Source of the DNA: Actinomycetota bacterium
Lineage (GTDB): Bacteria; Actinomycetota; Acidimicrobiia; Acidimicrobiales; VFJN01
Assembly (NCBI GenBank): GCA_046723645.1
Contig: JBKOUY010000008.1
Coordinates: 13,264-77,263, forward strand
Length of the DNA: 64,000 nucleotides
Reading direction: 5' to 3'
The notes below the pieces were generated by a model, which made no database searches, was not told the origin of the DNA, and saw nothing but the letters and a program-made list of their open reading frames with translations. This document shows, piece by piece, positions 28,555 to 37,136 of this stretch (position 1 is the stretch's first letter; the number at the start of each line of letters is the position of its first letter). The position numbers and the translations under genes were made by a program.

Positions 28555-28568
28555 ATCGGGGAGGCCCG

Positions 28569-29312
28569 TCAGGACGCGAAGTCCGGCGTGGCCGACCTCG
28601 CGGCGTCGGTGCGGCCCTTCGGTTCCTCCCAGTCCTCCTGTCGCCCGAGGGCGGTGAGGTCGAGGAAGTAGTACGAGCCGCCGGTGCTCTCGAGCCCACG
28701 CGCGTACTGGGAGTACGTGTGGAACACTCGGCCGTCCACCTGGAGGAAGCAGCTCCGGCCGGGCATCTCGAAGGGCTGGTCGGCCTCGAAGAAGTCCGAC
28801 CCCATGGCCTCGAACTCCGCCTTGGTGCGGAAGTTGTATTGGGCCGGGGCGACCGACTCGTCGACCGTCACGCCGAAGTCGTAGTTGAAGTCGGTGCCGA
28901 ACGACGAGTACCAGGGGATGTCCCAGCGCCGCTTCGCCTTCCACCGCTCGAGCTTGTCGAGGGGCGCCCGCGACACCATGGCGTAGGTCGTGTCGCGCAT
29001 GCGGAGGTGGTCGAGGAAGCCATGTGACAGCTCGTCGGTGCCGGCGGTGCAGCTCGGGCAGCCCTCGTCCCACTCCGGATCGAACATGAAGTGGTAGATG
29101 ATCAGCTGCCGGCGCCCCTCGAACATGTCGAGGAGGCGCACCTTGCCGTCGGGGCCGTCGAAGACGTAGTCCTTCTCGATCTCGACCATGGGTAGGTTGC
29201 GCCGCTCGGTGCTGAGGGCGTCTCGCCGCCTGGTCTGCTCCTTCTCCTTGGCAAGCAGCTCCATCCGGGCAGCCAGCCACTCGTCCCGTGTTGCGACCTT
29301 GGGAAGACTCAT
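28569..29312 (-). CDS. DUF899 thioredoxin-like protein
   Basis: …RDEWLAARMELLAKEKEQTRRRDAL…QLIIYHFMFDPEWDEGCPSCT…GRSCFL…VFHTYS… is a typical DUF899 sequence. Confidence 0.85.
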   Translation of the reverse strand: MSLPKVATRDEWLAARMELLAKEKEQTRRRDALSTERRNLPMVEIEKDYVFDGPDGKVRLLDMFEGRRQLIIYHFMFDPEWDEGCPSCTAGTDELSHGFLDHLRMRDTTYAMVSRAPLDKLERWKAKRRWDIPWYSSFGTDFNYDFGVTVDESVAPAQYNFRTKAEFEAMGSDFFEADQPFEMPGRSCFLQVDGRVFHTYSQYARGLESTGGSYYFLDLTALGRQEDWEEPKGRTDAARSATPDFAS

Positions 29313-29569
29313 CGCGCTCTCCTCACGCTCGCGGGTGGGTCGGCGTGTCCGCGCCTACACATGGATACGACTGGATGGGCTGGCCAAAGTCATCGGCGAC
29401 ACGCGACGCCCGAAGGCAGGGTGCGGCGTCGGCCTTCCTGGCGCAGGAATGGTTGCTGGACAACCAATTCGGCGCCAGGAACCAGCTAAAGGCCGATGCC
29501 GGCCCATGCGGGCGCGGCGGCGCCGTACCGTATCGTTCGCGTTCGCGCTGCCTGCGGGGAGGCCAGATC

Positions 29570-30061
29570 ATGACCGAACCGGCGAGTTCACACCCGACGT
29601 TGGAGCGGATGGCCCGGAGGGTTATCGACGCCAACAAGTACATGACGCTGGCGACTGCCGATGACGCGGGCATGCCATGGGCGTCGCCCGTCTACTACAC
29701 GCCAGAGGGGTACGACGTCTTCTACTGGGCGTCGTCACCCGATTCCGTGCATTCACGCAATCTGGCAGGACGACCCGAGCTGAGCATCGTGATCTTCGAC
29801 TCGCAGGTCCCGATCGGGGCCGCCGAGGCGGTGTACATGGTCGCCAGCGCGGACATCGTCCCAGATGTCGAGCTCGAGCGGTGCGCCGCGGCCTACGGCT
29901 CCCGCTTCCCGGAGCTGCGCGAGTTCGCGCCAGACGAACTCCGTGCGCCCGCTGAGCTGCGGCTGTACCGGGCGAGGGTCGCCGAGCACTCGGTTCTCGT
30001 GCGGGGCGGCGATCCGGAGCTCGGACGCGGGGTCGACACCCGCGTCGTCGTCAGCCTCTGA
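29570..30061 (+). CDS. Pyridoxamine 5'-phosphate oxidase-family (FMN/F420-binding split-barrel) protein
   Basis: …VIDANKYMTLATADDAGMPWASPVYYTPEGYDVFYWASSPDSVHSRNL… Start placed at ATG 29570 within tracked ORF 29288.. Confidence 0.75.
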   Translation: MTEPASSHPTLERMARRVIDANKYMTLATADDAGMPWASPVYYTPEGYDVFYWASSPDSVHSRNLAGRPELSIVIFDSQVPIGAAEAVYMVASADIVPDVELERCAAAYGSRFPELREFAPDELRAPAELRLYRARVAEHSVLVRGGDPELGRGVDTRVVVSL

Positions 30062-30152
30062 CGCATGTGGTGGCCATGATCACCCCGGTGCCCGGACGCC
30101 CGGAATCGAGGCGGCGGGGCATGTCACCCCCGCAACCGGGTAGAAGGGGTCG

Positions 30153-30659
30153 ATGGACGACGAATCCGCCAAGGGTGCCGAGGACAGGGAGAGCGCGGCC
30201 GAACGCGCCAACCGTGAGCTGATCGAGCTCCTGAACGAGCTACGGGTGGCGCTTCCCGGTGTCCAGGTCCTGTTCGCGTTCCTGCTCATCGTTCCGTTCT
30301 CGCAGGGCTACGACAAGTTGGACGCCGGCGACCGCCGCGTGTACTTCATGGCCGTACTCGCGACCGTGGCGACGACGATCTGTCTCATCGCCCCCACGGC
30401 GCATCACCGGTTGCGGTTCCGCTCCGGCGTCAAGGAACAGCTGCTCCACGTCGCCAACATCTTCGCGATCGTCGGTCTGGTCCTCCTAGCGTTTGCGATT
30501 GCCGCGGTCACCTATGTGATCACCGACGTTGTCTACCCGGGCACCCTTCCCCGGATCGTCGCGGCTGTGCTGGCCGGCTTGTTCGCCGTCACCTGGTTCG
30601 TGCTGCCGGTGTTCTATCGGCCGGAGAAGACGCCGCAGGCCCGCCCGCCCGACAGCTAG
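30153..30659 (+). CDS. DUF6328-like membrane protein
   Basis: …RANRELIELLNELRVALPGVQVLFAFLLIVPFSQ… followed by 3 further TM segments. RBS GAAGGGG. Confidence 0.6.
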   Translation: MDDESAKGAEDRESAAERANRELIELLNELRVALPGVQVLFAFLLIVPFSQGYDKLDAGDRRVYFMAVLATVATTICLIAPTAHHRLRFRSGVKEQLLHVANIFAIVGLVLLAFAIAAVTYVITDVVYPGTLPRIVAAVLAGLFAVTWFVLPVFYRPEKTPQARPPDS

Positions 30660-32095
30660 GGCCCCACCTCGACCTCAGACCGGTCCTCCGACCAGCGGGT
30701 GTGGAACGTGCCGGCCCGGTCCACCCGGTGGTACGTGTGGGCACCGAACAGGTCGCGCAGCCCCTGCAGGAGGGCCGCCGGCAGCCGCTCAGAGCGCAAG
30801 GCGTCGTAGTAGGCGAGCGCCGACGAGAAGCCCGGCGTCGACACCCCGAGCGACGCAGCGGTGGCGACCACGCGTCGCCACGCCTCCTGGGCGCCGGCCA
30901 GCGCCTCGACGAACGACGGCGCGAGCAGCAACGACGGCAGGCCGGGGTCGGTGTCGTACTCGGCGCGGATGCGATCGAGGAACCGCGCCCGGATGATGCA
31001 GCCGCCCCGCCAGATCGTGGCCATCGCACCGGGGTCGATGCTCCAGCTGTACTCGTCGCTGCCGGCGGCGATCTGGTCGAACCCCTGCGCGTACGCCACG
31101 ATCTTCGAGGCATACAGGGCACGACGGACGTCCTCGACCAGGGTGTCCGTGGCAGGCCGGTCCAACCGGCCGTCCGCGCCGGGACCCGGGAGTGTCGCCG
31201 CGGCGCGTCGCTGCGCGGCGTGGGCCGACAGCGAACGGGCGAACACCGCCTCGGCCATGCCGGTGACGGGCACGCCGAGGTCGAGCGCCGACTGCACGCC
31301 CCACCGCCCGGTGCCCTTCTGCTCGGCCTCGTCGGCGACGACGTCGACGAACGGCTGCCCCGTGGCCGCGTCGACGTGTTCCAGCACCTCGGCGGTGATC
31401 CCGATCAGGTACGACTCCAGCTCGCCGGCGTTCCAGTCGCGGAACACCGCGCCGAGCTCGGCCGGCGTGGCACCGAGCCCCTGGCGGAGCAGGTCGTAGC
31501 TCTCGGCGATGAGCTGCATGTCGGAGTACTCGATGCCGTTGTGGACCATCTTGACGAAGTGACCGGCACCGTCGGGGCCCACGTGGGTGCAGCACGGCGT
31601 GCCGTCGACCTGGGCGGCGATCGTCTCGAGCATCGGCCCCAACGATGCGTAGGCCTCGTCGGACCCGCCGGGCATGATGCTCGGCCCTTCGAGGGCCCCC
31701 ACCTCGCCGCCGGAGATGCCGGTCCCGACGAAGTGGATGCCCCGGCCGCGCAGCGCCGACTCACGCCGGCGCGTGTCCGCGAAGTGGGCGTTGCCGCCGT
31801 CGACGATCATGTCTCCCGGCTCGAGGTGAGCCGCGAGGTCGTCGACGACCGCGTCGGTGGCCGGCCCGGCCTGGACCATGGCGAGCACCCGCCGGGGCGG
31901 CTCCAGCGCAGCGACGAGCTCCTCGGTGCTCGTCGACGGGACGAAGTGGCCTTCGTCGCCGTGGGCGGCCACCAGGGCGTCGGTGCGGGCCTGCGTGCGG
32001 TTGTGGAGCGCCACCGTGTAGCCGTGGCGAGCGAAATTGCGGGCCAGGTTGCTGCCCATGACGGCCAGCCCCGTCACGCCGATGTCGGCCTTCAT
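30656..32095 (-). CDS. gnd: 6-phosphogluconate dehydrogenase (decarboxylating)
   Basis: IGVTGLAVMGSNLARNFARHGYTVALHNRT…MIVDGGNAHF…FVGTGISGGEVGALEGPSIMPGG…GAGHFVKMVHNGIEY… Start placed at ATG 32095. Confidence 0.95.
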   Translation of the reverse strand: MKADIGVTGLAVMGSNLARNFARHGYTVALHNRTQARTDALVAAHGDEGHFVPSTSTEELVAALEPPRRVLAMVQAGPATDAVVDDLAAHLEPGDMIVDGGNAHFADTRRRESALRGRGIHFVGTGISGGEVGALEGPSIMPGGSDEAYASLGPMLETIAAQVDGTPCCTHVGPDGAGHFVKMVHNGIEYSDMQLIAESYDLLRQGLGATPAELGAVFRDWNAGELESYLIGITAEVLEHVDAATGQPFVDVVADEAEQKGTGRWGVQSALDLGVPVTGMAEAVFARSLSAHAAQRRAAATLPGPGADGRLDRPATDTLVEDVRRALYASKIVAYAQGFDQIAAGSDEYSWSIDPGAMATIWRGGCIIRARFLDRIRAEYDTDPGLPSLLLAPSFVEALAGAQEAWRRVVATAASLGVSTPGFSSALAYYDALRSERLPAALLQGLRDLFGAHTYHRVDRAGTFHTRWSEDRSEVEVGP

Positions 32096-32155
32096 GTCGA
32101 GGACCGTAACAGCGGCCGGCACCGGCGAATCAGGCGCCGGCGCGACTTGGAGGCC

Positions 32156-35100
32156 TCACTTCGCCGTGTCGAGGCCGAGCCGCTGCGCCGCGGCGGCGAC
32201 CCGGCCGGCGATGCCGTGCGAGCCCTGTTCGCCGGCCAGCGCGATCGCGTGCGCCAACACGGCGGCGACCTCGGTCGGGTCGTCCCCACGGGCGTGGCGC
32301 ATCCGGGCGTCGGCCTCGAGCACGAGCGGCTCGGCGAATCGCTCGCCATACGTCTCGAGCTCGTGGTAGGCGGCGGCCACAGCGTCCACGGCAGCCTCGA
32401 TCCGGCCGGCGGCCGCCAGCCCTGCGGCCCGTGCCGCCCTGAAGACGACGACGCCCGTCCGCCCGCCGGCCTCGATGAACCGGTCGATCGCGACATCGAT
32501 CGTCGACAGGCCCTCGTCGAGGCGGTCCTGCAGGATCAGCGCTGCCGCCAGGTAACCGTGCAGTCCCCGCCCCCAGAAGCTGAACGTGGCCTCGGGATCG
32601 GCCTCGATGCCGCGGCGGGCGGCCCGTTCGGCCCACTCACCGCATCCGGTGGCAACCGCCCCTGCGCTCGAGAACATCGCGACCAGGGACACGGCGTAGC
32701 GGTCCGGCGCCGCGGCGGCCAACGCCTCGAACGCGGCCTCCCCCTCCCGCTCGTCCAGGTCGCCGGTGAGCACGTGCAGATATCGGGCGAACGGATAGGG
32801 CAGCAACATCACCTCGAGACCGAGTCCCAGCGACGCGCTCGGCGGCACCGTGTCCGCCGCTGCCGCGCAGGCGTCGTCCAGCAGTTCGCTGGCCTCGCCC
32901 ACCCGGCCGCGGTGCCAGCGGCTGATTCCCAGCGAGGCGAGCCCGGTGATCCTGGCGAGGGGCTCGCCGGACCGCCCACCCAGCTCGTGGAGCCGCTCGG
33001 CGATGGCGTCCGACCGATCGAAGTCGCAGCGCGTGTCGTAGGCGGCCCACTCGGACCACAAGAGCCGGGCGAGGATCTCGGCCCTGCCGGCGCCCTCGGC
33101 CAGCTCCTTGGCCCGGCGCAGATGCGGCGAATTGGCGATGCTGGCGTAGCCGTGGATCGACCGCTGGATCGACAGCAGCCGGCCGGCGGCCACGAGTTCC
33201 GCCTCGACATCGGAAGCCGTCGCGCCGCCGCGGCGCCGCAGCTGGAGGACCCGCTCGAGCATGCCCTCCGCAGCCTCGAACGCGTAGCGGCGCACCGCCA
33301 CATCCGCCGCCCGCTCGAGCGCCTCGGCCGCCCGCTGGCCGACGCCGATCGCCACCGCTGCCCACAGGTGCTCGGCGATGATCTCGGCGGCGTCGTCGAG
33401 GTCGCCGGCGGTCGCCTCGAGGGCGTCGGCCACGCTCAGGTGGATGCGGGCTCGCCGCAGGGCCGACATGTCGTCCGCAACCACCTCGCGCACTAGAGCG
33501 TGCGAGAACCGGAGGGTGATGGGGCGGTCGGGCACCGGCGCCACCAGGCGATGGACGACCGCCGGCTCGATCGCGTCGAGCACGCCGTCGATGGCGTCGC
33601 CCGCTGCCGCGGCGAGGAGGGCGAGCTCGAAGTCGCGCCCGATGACGGCCGCGACCTGGAGCGACGCGACGGTGGCACCCGGAAGCAGGGCGATGCGGCG
33701 CCGGACGACGTCTCGGACCCCGGACGGCACGTCGGCCCCCGGCGACACGGCGCCCGCCGGCTCGGCGGCTCCCCGTTCGGCCACGACCAGCCGCGCCAGC
33801 TCGGTCGCGAAGAACGGGTTGCCCTCGGCGCGCACCTGGATGGTGGCGGCGACGTCGGCGTCGACCGGCTGGCCGGACGCGACCTCGACGAGCTCGGCCG
33901 TGGCGGTGTTGGACAGTCCCCGCAGGGAGATGCGGCGGCTGCCGGGCCCCCGGGACAGCGCCGCCAGCGCCTCGACGACCGCGTCGTTCCGACCGACCTC
34001 GAGCTCACGAACGGTGCAGGCGAGCAGGACCGGGGGCTCGACCAGCTGACCGGCGACGAACGTGAGCAGCTGGAGCGATGCCGGGTCGGCCCACTGCAGG
34101 TCGTCGAGCACGAGCATCAGCGGCTGCTCCGCCGACGTCTGCGCGATGAGCCCGGTGACGGCGTCGAAGAGCTGGAAGCGCGTGGGGTCGGTGACCGCCG
34201 GGGCGGCATCGGTGCCGTTGCCGGCGTCGACACGCGAGGTCGCGGCGGCCAGGCTGGCGAGCTGCGGGGAGAGCTCGGCGTCCGGGTCGAGCCGGTCCAC
34301 GAGGCTCCGCAGCGGCGGCAGCCACGGCCAGAACGCCGGCGCCGCCCCGCCCTCGAAGGCCCGCCCCCACAGGACAGTCGCGCCCCGCGCCGCGGCCTGG
34401 TTGGCGGCCTCCTCCAGCAGCCGGGTCTTGCCGATGCCCGGCTCGCCCTCGACGAGCACCACGCGAGTGGATGTCCGGGCCTCGTCGACCGCGAGCATCA
34501 CCTGGCCGAACTCGACGTCGCGGCCGACGAGCCCTGGGGCCGCCGGTGGAGGTAACGCTGCCGGGCCGGCGATCGCGTCCGTCCCGGCCGGGGGCGTCGC
34601 AGGCGGCACCTCGCCGGCCAGCTCGAGGGCAGGGTCGTGGTTGAGGATCGCGGTCTCGAGCACGACGAGGGGGCGACCCGGGTCGATGCCCAGCTGGTCG
34701 CGCAGAGTCCGCCGAGCGTCGTCGAGCACCCGCAGCGCCTCCGCCTGGCGGCCCGATCGGTACAGGGCCAGGGCGAGGTGGTGGCGGAGCTGCTCCCTGA
34801 GGGGGTGCGCGGCCACGAGCTCGCCCAGCTCCCCCACCACAGCGGCGTGGCGCCCCAGCCGCAGGTCGGCGTCGATGCGATCCTCGGTTGCGGCCAGCCG
34901 GCGCTCCTCGAGCTTCGCCGCGAACCCCCAGGCGAAGTCCAGGTGCGCGAACTCGAGGAGCGCCGGGCCCCGCCACAACCGCAGCGCCCCGGCGAGCAGC
35001 TCGCGGGCGCCCTCGGGATCGCCCGCGAGGAGGAGGCCCCGACCCCGGTCGGCCAACGCCTCGAAGCGGTGGGCGTCGAGCGCCTTGGCCCCCACGACGA

Positions 35101-35383
35101 GCTTGTAGCCGGGCGGGTCCCACGCCAGGACCTTGGCGGCTTCGCTCCGGGCGCCACCGGGCACCAGGACGCGGCGCAGGCGTGACACGTAGCTCTGGAG
35201 GGTCCCGGCCGCCGAGTCGGGCGGGTGGTTGCCCCAGAGCGCCTCGATCATCGACTCGGCCGGCACCATGCGGCCGCCCGCCACGAGCAGCATCGCGAGC
35301 ACGGTGCGCGGCTGGGTTCCGCCGACATCCACGGGCTCGCCGTCGATGATCACCTCGAGGCTGCCCAGCAGCCTGAACTCCAC
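32156..35383 (-). CDS. AfsR/SARP-family regulator: OmpR-type wHTH, BTAD, STAND NTPase and TPR
   Basis: VEFRLLGSLEV…TVLAMLLV…, BTAD (…ALRLWRGPALLEF…LALALYRSGRQAEALRVLDDARRTLRDQLGIDPG…), P-loop GEPGIGKTRLLEE. GTG 35383 lies behind AAGGGAG; the tracked TTG 35425 is the alternative. Confidence 0.9.
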   Translation of the reverse strand: MEFRLLGSLEVIIDGEPVDVGGTQPRTVLAMLLVAGGRMVPAESMIEALWGNHPPDSAAGTLQSYVSRLRRVLVPGGARSEAAKVLAWDPPGYKLVVGAKALDAHRFEALADRGRGLLLAGDPEGARELLAGALRLWRGPALLEFAHLDFAWGFAAKLEERRLAATEDRIDADLRLGRHAAVVGELGELVAAHPLREQLRHHLALALYRSGRQAEALRVLDDARRTLRDQLGIDPGRPLVVLETAILNHDPALELAGEVPPATPPAGTDAIAGPAALPPPAAPGLVGRDVEFGQVMLAVDEARTSTRVVLVEGEPGIGKTRLLEEAANQAAARGATVLWGRAFEGGAAPAFWPWLPPLRSLVDRLDPDAELSPQLASLAAATSRVDAGNGTDAAPAVTDPTRFQLFDAVTGLIAQTSAEQPLMLVLDDLQWADPASLQLLTFVAGQLVEPPVLLACTVRELEVGRNDAVVEALAALSRGPGSRRISLRGLSNTATAELVEVASGQPVDADVAATIQVRAEGNPFFATELARLVVAERGAAEPAGAVSPGADVPSGVRDVVRRRIALLPGATVASLQVAAVIGRDFELALLAAAAGDAIDGVLDAIEPAVVHRLVAPVPDRPITLRFSHALVREVVADDMSALRRARIHLSVADALEATAGDLDDAAEIIAEHLWAAVAIGVGQRAAEALERAADVAVRRYAFEAAEGMLERVLQLRRRGGATASDVEAELVAAGRLLSIQRSIHGYASIANSPHLRRAKELAEGAGRAEILARLLWSEWAAYDTRCDFDRSDAIAERLHELGGRSGEPLARITGLASLGISRWHRGRVGEASELLDDACAAAADTVPPSASLGLGLEVMLLPYPFARYLHVLTGDLDEREGEAAFEALAAAAPDRYAVSLVAMFSSAGAVATGCGEWAERAARRGIEADPEATFSFWGRGLHGYLAAALILQDRLDEGLSTIDVAIDRFIEAGGRTGVVVFRAARAAGLAAAGRIEAAVDAVAAAYHELETYGERFAEPLVLEADARMRHARGDDPTEVAAVLAHAIALAGEQGSHGIAGRVAAAAQRLGLDTAK

Positions 35384-35649
35384 GCGTAGCTCCCTTCGGA
35401 TGCCCACCGAGTCGCGTAATGACAATTATCCCTGTCAGGCCCGAGTGGAGCGAGCTTGCGGGCCATCGCGAGGACGTCGGCCCCGGGGCTGGCCGCCGTC
35501 GCGACGGGTGAGGATCGTCCGAGGGTCGTTATCCTCGGGGGCGTAAGCAGCTGGCGCGTTCCGCCGCTCGTCGGTGCTAGGTACCGCTCCGTTGCCTCGG
35601 CACCCGCCAGTGGGATCGATGAGTCCCGCACAGAAGAGAAGGGGGTCGA

Positions 35650-36165
35650 GTGACCCTCGCGTGGATCGCCGTTGGCGTCGTGTTGGTCGCCGTGGAGCTG
35701 CACAATCTCGCGTTCTACGCGCTGTTCGCGGCCCTGGGCTGCTTCGCCGGCGCAGCCGTGTCCGCCGTCCTTCCCGACGCCATCGCCCTGCAGGTCGTCA
35801 CCGCCGTCGTGGTCGCCGGGCTCGGCATCCTCCTCGTCCGCGGGCGTGTGAGCGCTGCGTTCGCGCATCACCACCAGGTCGGCCGCACGCGGGGTGTCCA
35901 CGGGGGTCTCGTCGGGCAGGAGGTGCTGACGCTCGACGTCGTCGGGAGTCTGGACCGGGTCGGCCACGTCCGGCTCGCCGGCGAGCGCTGGCGCGCCGTC
36001 AGCGGCGACGATGTACCCATCCCCCCGGATACGCGGGTCCTCGTGACGGCGGTGCAGGGCACCACGCTCATCGTGTGGCCCATCGACAGCTCGCTGCCGC
36101 TGGAGCGGCAGCCGGAGGCGGGCGAAGGCCCGCGCCTCGAGAAGGGAGAGGAGGAACAGACGTGA
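35650..36165 (+). CDS. NfeD family membrane protein
   Basis: Three N-terminal TM segments followed by an OB-like C-terminus (…GQEVLTLDVVGSLDRVGHVRLAGERWRAVSGD…RVLVTAVQGTTLIVWP). Overlaps the SPFH gene (GTGA). Confidence 0.85.
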   Translation: MTLAWIAVGVVLVAVELHNLAFYALFAALGCFAGAAVSAVLPDAIALQVVTAVVVAGLGILLVRGRVSAAFAHHHQVGRTRGVHGGLVGQEVLTLDVVGSLDRVGHVRLAGERWRAVSGDDVPIPPDTRVLVTAVQGTTLIVWPIDSSLPLERQPEAGEGPRLEKGEEEQT

Positions 36166-37112
36166 TCGCAGCCATCAGCGTTGCCGGTCTCGTCGGCCTC
36201 GCCGTCGTGGCCCTCGTGGTGTTGGTGTTGGTCCTGGCGCTGCGGCAGATGGTCAACATCGTCCAGCAGGGCGAGGTCGGCGTCGTGAAGCATCTCGGCG
36301 AGTACCGCAAGACCTACGAGCCCGGGCTCGTGATCATCGCACCGTTCATCGAGTCCCTCCAGCGTGTGGACATGCGGGAGATCCCTCGCCCGGGCGACCG
36401 CCAGGACGTGATCACCAAGGACAACGTGGTGGTCAACGTCAACGCGACCATCTTCACGCAGGTCGTCGACGCCCGGCAGGCGCTGTTCAGCATCGCGAGC
36501 TTCGACGTTGCGATCGATGCGCTGGCGCGCACGGCCCTGCGGTCGGTCATCGGCACGATGACGCTCGACCAGGCGCTCTCGGAACGCGAGCGCATCAACA
36601 CCGATGTGCAGCAGCAGATGGAGGCCGTCACCGACAAGTGGGGCATCCGGATCAACCGCATCGAGATCCTTGCCATCGCTCCGCCGCCGAACATCCTCGA
36701 GGCACTCGCACTGGAGAAGCAGGCGGACCAGGAGAAGCGGGCACGCATCCTGCAGTCCGAGGGGCAGAAGCAGTCCGCGATCAACGTCGCCGAGGGCGAG
36801 GCGCAGGCGACCGTCCGCAAGGCCGACGGCAACCGGCAGGCCGCGATCCTCCGAGCCGAGGGGGCCCGGCAGAGCGCCATCCTCGAGGCCGAGGGTCGCT
36901 CGCAGGCGATCTCGACCGTGTATGCCGCCATCAAGAAGGGTGACCCCGACCCCACGCTGGTGGCCATCCTGCAACTCGACGCGCTGGCCAAGTTCGCCGA
37001 GAGCGACAACGCCAAGATCGTCGTCCCGTTCGAGAGCGCCGGTCTCCTCGGCGCGGCGCAGACGCTCCGCAGCGTCCTCGCCGCCACCCCCGAGGACGGT
37101 GCGCGGCCCTAG
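36162..37112 (+). CDS. SPFH/Band-7 (stomatin-like) protein
   Basis: N-terminal TM, then …IVQQGEVGVVKHLGEYRKTYEPGLVIIAPFIESLQRVDMRE…ITKDNVVVNVNATIF… and a coiled Ala/Gln/Glu-rich region. Confidence 0.92.
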   Translation: MIAAISVAGLVGLAVVALVVLVLVLALRQMVNIVQQGEVGVVKHLGEYRKTYEPGLVIIAPFIESLQRVDMREIPRPGDRQDVITKDNVVVNVNATIFTQVVDARQALFSIASFDVAIDALARTALRSVIGTMTLDQALSERERINTDVQQQMEAVTDKWGIRINRIEILAIAPPPNILEALALEKQADQEKRARILQSEGQKQSAINVAEGEAQATVRKADGNRQAAILRAEGARQSAILEAEGRSQAISTVYAAIKKGDPDPTLVAILQLDALAKFAESDNAKIVVPFESAGLLGAAQTLRSVLAATPEDGARP

Positions 37113-37136
37113 ACACGCCCGACGGGCCGTCCGGTG

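Noticed and set aside
29450-29466. TGGTTG-ctgga-CAACCA dyad in the DUF899/PNPOx divergent region, considered as a third member of the CAACC/GGTTG motif family.
   Set aside because: The half-sites are everted (GGTTG…CAACC) and the spacer is 5 nt, so it is not the same operator geometry. It is probably coincidental.
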